NCBI GenBank assembly: GCA_019828565.1 | Contig: JAHDYR010000056.1 | Location: 1-55,954, forward strand | Direction: 5' to 3' | DNA: 55,954 nt | Origin: Carpediemonas membranifera BICM | Lineage: Eukaryota > Protista > Fornicata | In this document: positions 1-8,923 of the stretch, in pieces | Numbering within the stretch: position 1 is the stretch's first letter | How the letters are laid out: every line of letters starts with the position of its first letter | Program-made: the position numbers and the translations under genes | The notes under the pieces: generated by a model | Told to the model about the DNA's origin: nothing | What the model saw: the letters and a program-made list of their open reading frames with translations, nothing else | The model's database searches: none

Positions 1-1
1 A

Positions 2-922
2 GTCCATTTGTGTTCGCGAGGAGGAAGCTTTCCATCTCCACCCCTTTGCATACATGATTATCTTCCAACCCTCCGACCTTTCGATCCTTGCCAGCTGAGC
101 CGCCAGGCGGTTGGCCCAGTCCCTGAAAGTATGTATGTGCTTCTCATACTCGATCGGCGGCCGCCCCGTCCCGACCTCCACGAAGGTGGCCGGCGGCAGC
201 CCCGTCACCATGCCGTACCTCCTCGCTTGGTCCATGCTTGCTGCCGGTATGTCCTGGTAATACAGGCCATGCCCGTGTCCAAGAATGTCCCCAGTGCTGA
301 GGTCAAAGAGTACGATCCCGCCCTCAACCGGGATGGCAGGGATCCCTGCCTTCTTGACGCCAGGGTCTGCGCACTCGAAGTCGATGGCTCCGATCACCAG
401 TCGTTTCTCCTTGTCCTTTCTAGGCATCCTCGGCGGCTGGCTGCTGACCTTGTTTGAGTCGACCTCCTCGTCCTGGTCGATTCTGTTTTGGTTGGCCCTG
501 ACCATGTCCTTGTTCACTTCCAGGAGGCTGTCGTCGAGGCTTCTTCTGCCGGGCATGGTGGCTGCTGGCGTCGTTCCTCCTTGTCCTTGACATGTTGCTC
601 CTCGTCTCCGTCGATGACCGTGCTGGCGCGGACGACTCCGGTCCAGATCGGCATGTTCGTCCCTGCTGCTGCGGACCGAGGTGGCCTTGAGCACTTCCAG
701 CCTCACCTTCCGGAACGGCGGCTCGTTGCTGGGGGCCCTCTCCCCTTCGCCCAGGATATTGGTTCTGCCCTTCAGGTAGATCCCTGACTTGTTCCATGCT
801 GCCTGCCATATGGCCGGGGCCTCCGGTGCCTGAAGCCTGAGGATGTCCCTAGCCTCCTCCATGAAGCGGCTGATGGACCATGCTGACGTGTCGCTTAGCT
901 CTAGGATGACCCTGTACTTCAT
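2..922 (-). CDS. Maelstrom-like DEDD (DnaQ-fold) nuclease, transposon-interrupted; runs off the left edge of the window
   Basis: Manually translated stop-free minus frame 922->2; it is missing from the ORF track because no stop lies in the window. It reads MKYRVILELSDTSAW...LVIGAIDFECADPG...IPVEGGIVLFDLSTGDILGHGHGLYYQDIPAASMDQARRYGMVTGLPP...KIIMYAKG. The ExoI-like D-x-E and the PxExGxVxFxLxxG block resemble MAEL domains. A probable 1-nt slip at the C-run 41-44 would give YAKGVEMESFLL. Confidence 0.6.
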   Translation of the reverse strand, partial: MKYRVILELSDTSAWSISRFMEEARDILRLQAPEAPAIWQAAWNKSGIYLKGRTNILGEGERAPSNEPPFRKVRLEVLKATSVRSSRDEHADLDRSRPRQHGHRRRRGATCQGQGGTTPAATMPGRRSLDDSLLEVNKDMVRANQNRIDQDEEVDSNKVSSQPPRMPRKDKEKRLVIGAIDFECADPGVKKAGIPAIPVEGGIVLFDLSTGDILGHGHGLYYQDIPAASMDQARRYGMVTGLPPATFVEVGTGRPPIEYEKHIHTFRDWANRLAAQLARIERSEGWKIIMYAKGWRWKASSSRTQMD

Positions 923-994
923 ACTGTCAACATCCCTAGATTATCTTTGCTAAACCCTAGATTATCTTCGACCTCAAAAAGCTAGATAATCTAC
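920..994 (+). repeat. Left terminal inverted repeat (75 bp)
   Basis: CATACTGTCAACATCCCTAGATTATCTTTGCTAAACCCTAGATTATCTTCGACCTCAAAAAGCTAGATAATCTAC; 2 mismatches to the reverse complement of 20011..20085. Confidence 0.95.
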
Positions 995-1862
995 GGTTGC
1001 AAGAAAAAATGAACTCGACGATGAGCCGGAGCTGGATCTTCAAAGTGGTATGGTAGTACTTGGCTATACCTAAGCAATACGCATGCGCAGTATCAAACTT
1101 TAAATCCTGCTAGAAAAAAGTAACATAGGGACAAATTGGAATTGAGAGTTGAGACTCAAAAAACGGGCAGGGGGGAGGAAATGGTCCATAAGTACGCCTT
1201 ATGGGTCGCTTCCTCCCCTCTGCCCCTTTTTTAATCGCAAAATCGATTTGCCGGATTTGACACATGTTTGATGTGATCAAAATGGATTTGATAGACATGA
1301 GTCCAGATCATGCAGTTGGCCATCCTGAAGCGCTAGGGCGGTCTGCAGACCGCAGCAATGCCTCTGCTGAATGCCCTTCGCCTGACGGACAGGACGCGCG
1401 TTGACTCTAAAGGACTGCATGTTTCGGCATTAAAAGAAGGTGTGGAATACAACGGAGTCATCGCCGAACCGCTCCGACCAAGTCGGTTATTAGGACATCG
1501 CGTTCAGACGCCCTCTGCAATTACCAAGTCAATAGATGGGAGTCGACCTGATCAGCACGTCATTCGGGGTCTCAGGTGACCCTATAGCTGAGCTTGGCTG
1601 GGCTCTGCTGCGGCCATGGGCCGCTAGCGCGCTGCTTGGCTCTTTTTCTCCTCGTAAGGCGGCCGTAGAGGTCTGATCTGAGCCTCGTTATAATAGTCTG
1701 CCCGAGTAGAGGCCAGCCATACCATAAATGTCCCCCAATCTCCCCCTCCCGGTCGCTCATACCTCCAAAATGGCCTATATTCCCTGTAGGAAGCTTAATA
1801 AGGGCGGATTTCCCATAAGTCGTGGCATAGAGGTGTAAACATATCCATTGACTCTGAATCTT

Positions 1863-2792
1863 TTATTTCTCCATCTGCGAGTTAAGCCAGGCCACTGCCT
1901 TTCCCGTCAAATATACCTTACGTGTGTCGTGCGCCTTCTTTGTTGCTCTTGCGGCTGAAGCATCAACAGTGGCCTGCTTCAACAAATCTCGGCAGCTAGA
2001 CTTCGGCGTCTTGGTGCCACGCCGCGTGCAGGCCCACTCTCTATCGTCCACGGACTCACCACACACAACGCATGACCCTGCGAATACGGTCGGTGGCTTC
2101 TCCTTCAGCTTCTGTCGAAGCAGATCGCACATCGCGGTCTTGACGACGCGTCGAGACAATTCATGCGTGCGCAGGGTACTAACAGGCTCAACCAACAGCT
2201 CTGTCTGAGTAGACGCCTCCTCTAGGTCTCGCACAGTCTGAGTCTCTGCATGCTCACCCTGTGGCGAAAACTGCTGGCATTTTCCCATCATCCTCGGCTT
2301 ATCAGGATCAGGACCCAGCGCAGTCATGTAAACAGGTACCTCAACCCGCTTCTCGACTATCCTGACAGGCTGGGAGTCCCTGCGGGAAGGGGCTTGCGGG
2401 TGAACTCGCGTCCTGGTCGGCCCCCCGTTCGCCTCGTTGTGCAGAGCCTCCATGAAGGCATTGAAGCCGTCATCACGGCCCACCTTCTGCGTCACAAACG
2501 ACATGACGCATGTGACCGACATCTCAAAGGATGCAAAATCGGCAGCACTGGAAACATCGCGATTGTGGCAGATTGAGTTTCGAGCTGCCAACAGCTCGCG
2601 TATATGTCTCTTATCAGCGTGGTGAAGATCAGGAACACGATGTAGGATCGCTTGCAAAAGCATAGCCGGATCCATCTCGCCACCGTCACCACGGTACCTC
2701 GCGATGTACTCCTGCAGCTTCGGAATCATCCTCAGTAGCGCTTCAAACATCATGCTGGCGTATCCTGCTGAATCCTTCACCCCAGAGCTCAT
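1863..2792 (-). CDS. Swt1-like HEPN-domain protein with C-terminal Cys cluster (transposon cargo)
   Basis: 309-aa ORF. DPAMLLQAI...RHIRELLAARNSICHN carries the HEPN R-x4-H motif; two TQT motifs; C-terminal CVVCG...C...C. Confidence 0.6.
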   Translation of the reverse strand: MSSGVKDSAGYASMMFEALLRMIPKLQEYIARYRGDGGEMDPAMLLQAILHRVPDLHHADKRHIRELLAARNSICHNRDVSSAADFASFEMSVTCVMSFVTQKVGRDDGFNAFMEALHNEANGGPTRTRVHPQAPSRRDSQPVRIVEKRVEVPVYMTALGPDPDKPRMMGKCQQFSPQGEHAETQTVRDLEEASTQTELLVEPVSTLRTHELSRRVVKTAMCDLLRQKLKEKPPTVFAGSCVVCGESVDDREWACTRRGTKTPKSSCRDLLKQATVDASAARATKKAHDTRKVYLTGKAVAWLNSQMEK

Positions 2793-3065
2793 ATCGGTTT
2801 CTTCAGAACGAAATTCTAAAGAAATGTTCGGTGGTAAGTGAGATCACTGCGCATCTAGAGACAGCAGAAACGTAACCTACAGCCCATATTGATGTGGGCT
2901 GGTCTTATCCGGATGTCCAAGGACCTTGATTCGCTCTGGGGTAGTCCCCCCATGACCGTCAGGCACGCGAACCGCATCCTGCACGAAGCGGGGATGCAGA
3001 GTCTGAAAAGACCCATCTCTCTGTCCGATCTGGATACCCCTGACGATAGATGGAATGAATGAAGC

Positions 3066-3298
3066 TGTAAACATATCCATTGACTCTGAATCTTTTATTT
3101 CTCCATCTGCGAGTTAAGCCAGGCCACTGCCTTTCCCGTCAAATATACCTTACGTGTGTCGTGCACCTTCTTTGTTGCTCTTGCGGCTGAAGCATCAACA
3201 GTGGCCTGCTTCAACAAATCTCGGCAGCTAGACTTCGGCGTCTTGGTGCCACGCCGCGTGCAGGCCCACTCTCTATCGTCCACGGACCCACCGCACAC
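3066..3298. repeat. Direct duplicate of 1834..2066 (3' end and 3' flank of the HEPN gene)
   Basis: Near-identical ~233 bp at offset 1232; explains the short ORF 3095..3307. Confidence 0.9.
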
Positions 3299-3335
3299 GG
3301 CATTCATGATTCCAAGGTCTAATTATTTACTCGAT

Positions 3336-4862
3336 TTATTCCGGCACCTCGTTGAGCAGGAAATAGTGCACTTTCAGGCGAGCATATCTCACTCTAGACA
3401 CGCTGCACTTGACCACCTTAGCCACGCCATCGCAGTCACCCACAACATCATACCACTGCCCTTCTGTGTCGCATAATGCGTACACACGCTCATATGTCTG
3501 ATAGACAGCTGTTGCCTCAAAGGGCATATCTAGCGTACAATCGTCCTCGCAAATATGGGTGCAACCAGGAGACACCCAAATCAGCCGCCAGGGAAAAACA
3601 ACACCGCCTTTACATTCAAAGGGAATGCAATCGGCGTTGCTGTGAGGCATTTCTCGCGCTGCTGGTATTCAGGCAGTAGGCCAGACTGGGCGATATGTTG
3701 GGGAACCACACCGGCGAACAGGAGTTGACTGCCGCTGAGGAAGACGTTGCAGCGACAGTCTGCCATGAGCTGGTCGACCCTGAACGGCAGCTTTTCGAAG
3801 CCCCGTATACATCTATCGCGTCCAAGTCCCAGCTTATAGTGGCGGTTGAAATCGCTGATTACCTGCTGATCGCCCGCGGAGAGGATAACTGTCCCCCTCC
3901 ATACATGATCCGATCAGGGATGAAGCCAGTGGGCACAGCGACTGGGTGGAAGACGTATCTTCTCAGATCGTCATGAACTGTGAAGCATGCACCGTTTCCA
4001 GCCATGACAGTACCGACTGGGGTGAGGATGAACCTGCGACAAGCCTGCTCCGACACATCGATCACCATCCTGTTCTTCTCCCAGGGGGCAGACTGGCCTC
4101 GAGCTCGGCGATATTAGGGCAGCTGGTGAAGGTGAGGCGGGTCGCATTCCAGTGCCAGTCCAAGCTCCATGCCCACAGACCCTTAGGTGTCCTGGTAAGA
4201 TGGCTGAAATTGCAACTGTAGACCTCGAGGGCCCTGGGCATCCTGGCTCTAATGAAGATGGCGAGGTTGTCTGGACGAAGCATGAATAGACGGCCCATGT
4301 ACATGCGGTGATGGTAGTGTGTGTTGCCATTTGAGAATTGGTAGTACTCGCCGTCCTTCTCGGCGACGTTCAGTGTGAAGAAGAACTTGCGGCAGAGGAA
4401 CCAGAGACACTTGCCCTCGGGGGCGAGAGCATTTCGGATGAGGTCCTGGAGGTCTGGGTTGGCCCCTCCACCCATAAGACACGCCCACACCGCGCCCTGG
4501 TTCAGTGTGTGCATGGCTGCCGGGAGCTCATCGCCAGGCGAGAGCTCGACGTTCATGGACAGCGGGGGTCCGTCTGCGAGGATCGAGCGGGCGTGATCTA
4601 GGAGGACTTGTGCGGTTGGTTCAAGCGGGGGGATCTTGGAGAGCGTGGCGAGGAGGGATTCGAGAGAAGGGGCGCTCGCTGGTGCAGTAGTGCTCTCTGC
4701 GTTGTGGAACGAGGGCATCTCCTCGCCAAAATGCCTGGTGTAGGCGCATTGGAGCAAGGATGGTACGTCCCCGGAGATACGGGCTGCTACAACTAGCGAG
4801 GCGCGGAATACGGAGATAAGGGCTTCTTTGATGGCTGATGGGGAGGAACTAGCACTGCTCAT
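3336..4862 (-). CDS. RCC1/BLIP-II-like beta-repeat family protein, split by about three frameshifts (cargo)
   Basis: ORFs 4062..4862, 3859..4068, 3581..3766 and 3336..3650 join into one reading through homopolymer runs (~4085, ~3895, ~3595). TRTPKGLWAW...RLTFTSCPNIAELEASLPP(W)EKNRMVIDVS...ILTPVGTVMAG is RCC1-like in style. Confidence 0.45.
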
Positions 4863-5243
4863 CGATTCCAGCGCTCAGTTCGGTGGCGACTTGTTCTCGT
4901 TCTTAAACTGCTCAATGAGAAAGGATGACAGCAGAAACGACGTCCTGGAGGACGTCCTGGTGTTGGGAGGGGGGTGTTCTTGAGCACGTGATAGTGGACG
5001 GCCTTGTTGGTGGGCGCGGCCCATGAGAAGCACCAGCGCAAGTAAAGCATTTTGCAATATATTACTTGCGTTTGCGCTGTCGTTCTCCGGGCGCACTTCC
5101 CCGGCCGCTCTTTGACACGGACATTGCCGTGGGGCCTCCTCCTCGTAGCTGTTTCCTCCCCGGGTTCTGTAAATGGTGTGTTTTGATTCATCTGTCCCTT
5201 TGTTTGTCTCGGCGTTGAACTTTGAAAGCAATAAATGGCTACG

Positions 5244-5483
5244 ATCAAGATATTATTGTCCAATGAGGCTCTTTACATCGCCTTCTAGCTCGATATTGAT
5301 GTTGTTAGTGATTTTCTAGAGTACAGCACCAGTTTCGGTAATAGGGGGACAGAAGAGCGCAAACAACTACATGGCTCCGAACTACACGCGTCTTGGCGTT
5401 GATATTGGTTATTAAATGCACTGCTGGTAGCATATTGAGGGATTTCGTCACTGTACTCGAATGCACAAGTGTGCAGTTTATGC
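5244..5483. repeat. Internal 240-bp repeat, copy 1
   Basis: Near-identical to 8514..8753; partial inverted copy at 14774..14887. Confidence 0.9.
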
Positions 5484-5564
5484 ATCTGCCGGAATCTCAT
5501 TTAAGGGAGATAACAGCGTCCTAAACAACAGGGATCTGTCAGTCATTATCAAACTTTACTTCTC

Positions 5565-6767
5565 TCACTCAGCCTCGTTGTCCCGCTTCTCCGGAGTAAC
5601 CAATTGAGCCTTCCTTGTGCCGGGACGGGTGACACCAAAGACTCGGAAGAGTAAGTCGCTCGTCTGCTCCAAACCCTGGCTTTCCTCAAGCCTCAGAATG
5701 TTGTGCCGGATCTTATCTCGGTCCTGGTCTTGAAGATGCCCGAGCTCAGCGTTCAGCCTGTTATCAAAGGCTTGGCTGAAGATGAGCACGGAATGGGCCA
5801 GGGTTAGGGGCACAGCTTGGTGACTGGCGAGCTCGCGGAACTCCTTTGGCCAGAGAATGGCGTACTTGATCATTTTGGCGTACTTACGCCGCACATTGTG
5901 GGTCTTGATGGAACTCATCTCGTGGATGCGCTTGTAGATGCCATCACAGTAGGTGTTCTTGCCAACGCGCCCAGCCAGTACATCGGCACGTAAACGTTCG
6001 GCTGCGGCGTCAAGACGGGCGACCCTACCCTCATCGTCGACGGGCATCGCTCCACGCTTCCCTGCGATCGTGTACAGCTCCAGCTGCCAAGCAATCATGA
6101 TCCGCAGCATCATCTCGCGTGTTGCACCAGACGTCATTGTCTCTAGCATGAGTTCCAGGCGGTGTTCATCCATGTAGCCAGACTGAATGACAGTAAGCGT
6201 CGTCATAGCACTGGATACTGGCGCGATAATGCCGCCATACCAAGGCTCCTCCTTGAGCACCGCGGTAACATCGAATGTCTCAAGGGTGAGATCAATCTTG
6301 GGCTTCTTCTTCTTGTCCTTCTTGCTCGCCGAAGGCTGCCCCTCACCCTCACCTGATGCTTCTTCGCCAGCCTTGCCCACACCCTCGGCCGATGCCTGTC
6401 CCTCCCTGGTGATAGAACCATCTACTTGGCAGCTCCGACGTGCGAAGCGCCTCGTAGACGGGATTGCTGCTTCTTGTACGTTCTCTGCAGCCACCACAAC
6501 ATCGCTTGTGCTCTCAAGAGGCTTTTGCTTGCGCTCTGTCAGCATCTCGACGACGTTCTCGTGAACACGGTGCTTCAGAACATCAACAACGCCTTCAGTG
6601 CGATACTTAGGCTCAATGCTGAAGTAACAAATCAATGCATGCACGATCTGGCGCTTTGATCCTTCCATCTCTTCGTCTCTTTCGTTCATTCGGAAACCGT
6701 TAAATAAACCATGGAATGGGTGGAACATGCGAGTGATCCAGACCTCAAGCGTGTCTACACACGGCAT
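5565..6767 (-). CDS. Hypothetical protein with NLS-like basic patch (cargo)
   Basis: 400-aa ATG ORF containing SKKDKKKKPK; no domain recognised. Confidence 0.7.
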   Translation of the reverse strand: MPCVDTLEVWITRMFHPFHGLFNGFRMNERDEEMEGSKRQIVHALICYFSIEPKYRTEGVVDVLKHRVHENVVEMLTERKQKPLESTSDVVVAAENVQEAAIPSTRRFARRSCQVDGSITREGQASAEGVGKAGEEASGEGEGQPSASKKDKKKKPKIDLTLETFDVTAVLKEEPWYGGIIAPVSSAMTTLTVIQSGYMDEHRLELMLETMTSGATREMMLRIMIAWQLELYTIAGKRGAMPVDDEGRVARLDAAAERLRADVLAGRVGKNTYCDGIYKRIHEMSSIKTHNVRRKYAKMIKYAILWPKEFRELASHQAVPLTLAHSVLIFSQAFDNRLNAELGHLQDQDRDKIRHNILRLEESQGLEQTSDLLFRVFGVTRPGTRKAQLVTPEKRDNEAE

Positions 6768-6834
6768 CTTGCTTCATAAATGACTGTTTATTGCCCAAAT
6801 TTTGTGTTGCGGCGTGACCGAATCGAACGAGAAC

Positions 6835-7494
6835 ATGAAGCTCACCAACAAGGCAGATACTGTGATTACGGCGGAGGAATACCAGCAATACTACTCCTCT
6901 GATGACTTTGAGTCATTTGTTGCGGCCTGTGATGAAGCAGGCATTCGTTCTGCCCACAGCACCACGTTCTCCGTCACAGTGGACAAGAATGGCTTCAACA
7001 GCGAGCTAGATCTGGCCATGGTGCCTCAGCATGCGCTTATGGGGCCGACAGTGGGCGATGGTATCCTTACCAACAAGAGCATCCCCAACGACGCAGTCAT
7101 TGGCATATACTGCGGCAAGATCATCCCCGAGCCCGAACCTGGTGCAGTGACGACCTACGTGACGAGGCTCAAGAAGCCTAACAACTTTGCTGTTGACTCG
7201 GCCGGCCTCACGTTCGGCTGTCACAAGATCAACGATGGTGCCGCTTTCTACAACGTCGTACCGGGGACGGCCTACGTTAATGTGCAGGTGGGGGACCAGA
7301 AGAAGCGTCTTCCCGTCATTCTTTACTTGGCGGATCGCGCTATTGCCAAGTTCGAGTACCTCTCGATCGAGTATGGCGAGCAGTACTGGCGTGGACGCAA
7401 GCCCATGGCCCTCTACCCCTTCTGTCTGGAGAAGATGCTTGCTGAGGCTGAGTATGAGGAGATCAACGATGTCTTAGACGCCGTTCTCTCCTAA
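6835..7494 (+). CDS. SET-domain lysine methyltransferase (cargo)
   Basis: VGDGILTNKSIPNDAVIGIYCGKII (motif I), HKINDG (RFINH-like) and ADRAIAKFEYLSIEYGEQYW (ELxxDY..YW-like); first ATG at 6835. Confidence 0.85.
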   Translation: MKLTNKADTVITAEEYQQYYSSDDFESFVAACDEAGIRSAHSTTFSVTVDKNGFNSELDLAMVPQHALMGPTVGDGILTNKSIPNDAVIGIYCGKIIPEPEPGAVTTYVTRLKKPNNFAVDSAGLTFGCHKINDGAAFYNVVPGTAYVNVQVGDQKKRLPVILYLADRAIAKFEYLSIEYGEQYWRGRKPMALYPFCLEKMLAEAEYEEINDVLDAVLS

Positions 7495-7667
7495 CCTAAA
7501 TTGAGATCCCAACAATTCATTGCTTTCAAAAGTTCAAGGGTCCTTCTACCTGGCCCATCATCACTGGGATCCTCGTGCTTGGCGCCCACATCCCCGATGT
7601 CACCCAAAAAGATCTAGAATTTTCCGAAAATCGGCTTCCGACAATTTTCATTGATCCCTGACGCTCG

Positions 7668-8513
7668 ATGGAACTGGATATTGCGTATCAACTGGTTGCT
7701 CTGAAGGAGATGAAGTCTATTGAGTCTCTTAAGATCAATTCCATCACGATTCAGAAGGAAAAGGTCCGGAAAGCTGTCATTCTTGCTTTCGCGCAGTCTC
7801 CCGCGGGTAAGAAGTGGGTAACGAGCACACTGAGGCTCTGTGCTGACCGCTACAGCGCTTCGATCCAGTACAACGTGCAGAGCATGTTGTTTGGCATGAA
7901 CTCCAACGCCACATTCAACGAGGAGGCAGCAATAGCGACTCTGCGCGTTCATGAGAGGCTCGTGACCCCGCTACACCAGTCAGTCTTCGCTAACATGGTC
8001 AGGGCCAAGCACAAGACACCGACTCTAGACGATTTCCTCGATACCGCGTGTGTCTTCCCGACTTTTACTGAGTTGGATCGCCTTGCCGCATGGGTGGGTG
8101 AGCGCAACCCCAGTGTCTGGGTCATCATGACGGAGGCTCGTATTACTGGCGTTTTAGATGGTGAGATCTATGAGCCGCTGCTTCGGGCCGTTGCTGACGA
8201 CGTTGATAGATTCACGTTCGGCAGCCCTGAAAAGTTCCTCCAGTTAACCGACACGAGCCTTGACTATGCCGTCGAGAGTGTCCAGATCAAGGACTATGCC
8301 AATCGTCGCTGCCTTGTCAAGTGGATCGGGTATCCTGTGCCTGTCACCGTTCCGCTGACCGATACGTTGCGTGAGCTGGAGGCTGGGGAAACCTCGGGGT
8401 TTGTGGGCGTGCGACGGGAGATAACCTTCTCTGGGCGGGGTCGTACAACCGGGGAAATTCAGAACAATCTTTTCAGGCGTCGGGAACCCGAGCGTGACGT
8501 TTCTGAGGAGTAA
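7668..8513 (+). CDS. Protein with C-terminal chromodomain-like region (cargo)
   Basis: DYAVESVQIKDYANRRCLVKWIGYPVPVTVP: Y...KWxGY aromatic-cage pattern. Confidence 0.6.
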   Translation: MELDIAYQLVALKEMKSIESLKINSITIQKEKVRKAVILAFAQSPAGKKWVTSTLRLCADRYSASIQYNVQSMLFGMNSNATFNEEAAIATLRVHERLVTPLHQSVFANMVRAKHKTPTLDDFLDTACVFPTFTELDRLAAWVGERNPSVWVIMTEARITGVLDGEIYEPLLRAVADDVDRFTFGSPEKFLQLTDTSLDYAVESVQIKDYANRRCLVKWIGYPVPVTVPLTDTLRELEAGETSGFVGVRREITFSGRGRTTGEIQNNLFRRREPERDVSEE

Positions 8514-8753
8514 ATCAAGATAATATTGTCCAATGAGGCTCTTTACATCGCCTTCTAGCTCGATATTGATGTTGTTAGTGATTTTCTAGAGTACAGCACC
8601 AGTTTCGGTAATAGGGGGACAGACGAGCGCAAACAACTACATGGCTCCGAACTACACGCGTCTCGGCGTTGATATTGGTTATTAAATGCACTGCTGGTAG
8701 CATATTGAGGGATTTCGTCACTGTACTCGAATGCACAAGTGTGCAGTTTATGC
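8514..8753. repeat. Internal 240-bp repeat, copy 2
   Basis: Matches 5244..5483 at offset 3270; begins right after the stop of 7668..8513. Confidence 0.9.
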
Positions 8754-8923
8754 TTTCTCGGCCAGCCGACGATATTTACCACCACAGACAGCTGCATACA
8801 GGCTGTAGACTAGACATATACAGCAGGCTGAGTAATATAGCACCATACCCCCCTACAAACCGCGAATCAACCTCAAGGTCACATAAACATAAGCGATACG
8901 GTCGGTATATCAATCCTTTACTC

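Noticed and set aside
2824-3063. Small spliced plus-strand gene suggested by GTAAGT at ~2834
   Set aside because: No donor/acceptor combination I tried gave a convincing in-frame product.
5285-5500. Repeated small ORFs (5285..5500, 8555..8797, 14781..15044) as a peptide family
   Set aside because: They are translations of the same DNA repeat with different starts and ends, and have no coding signature.
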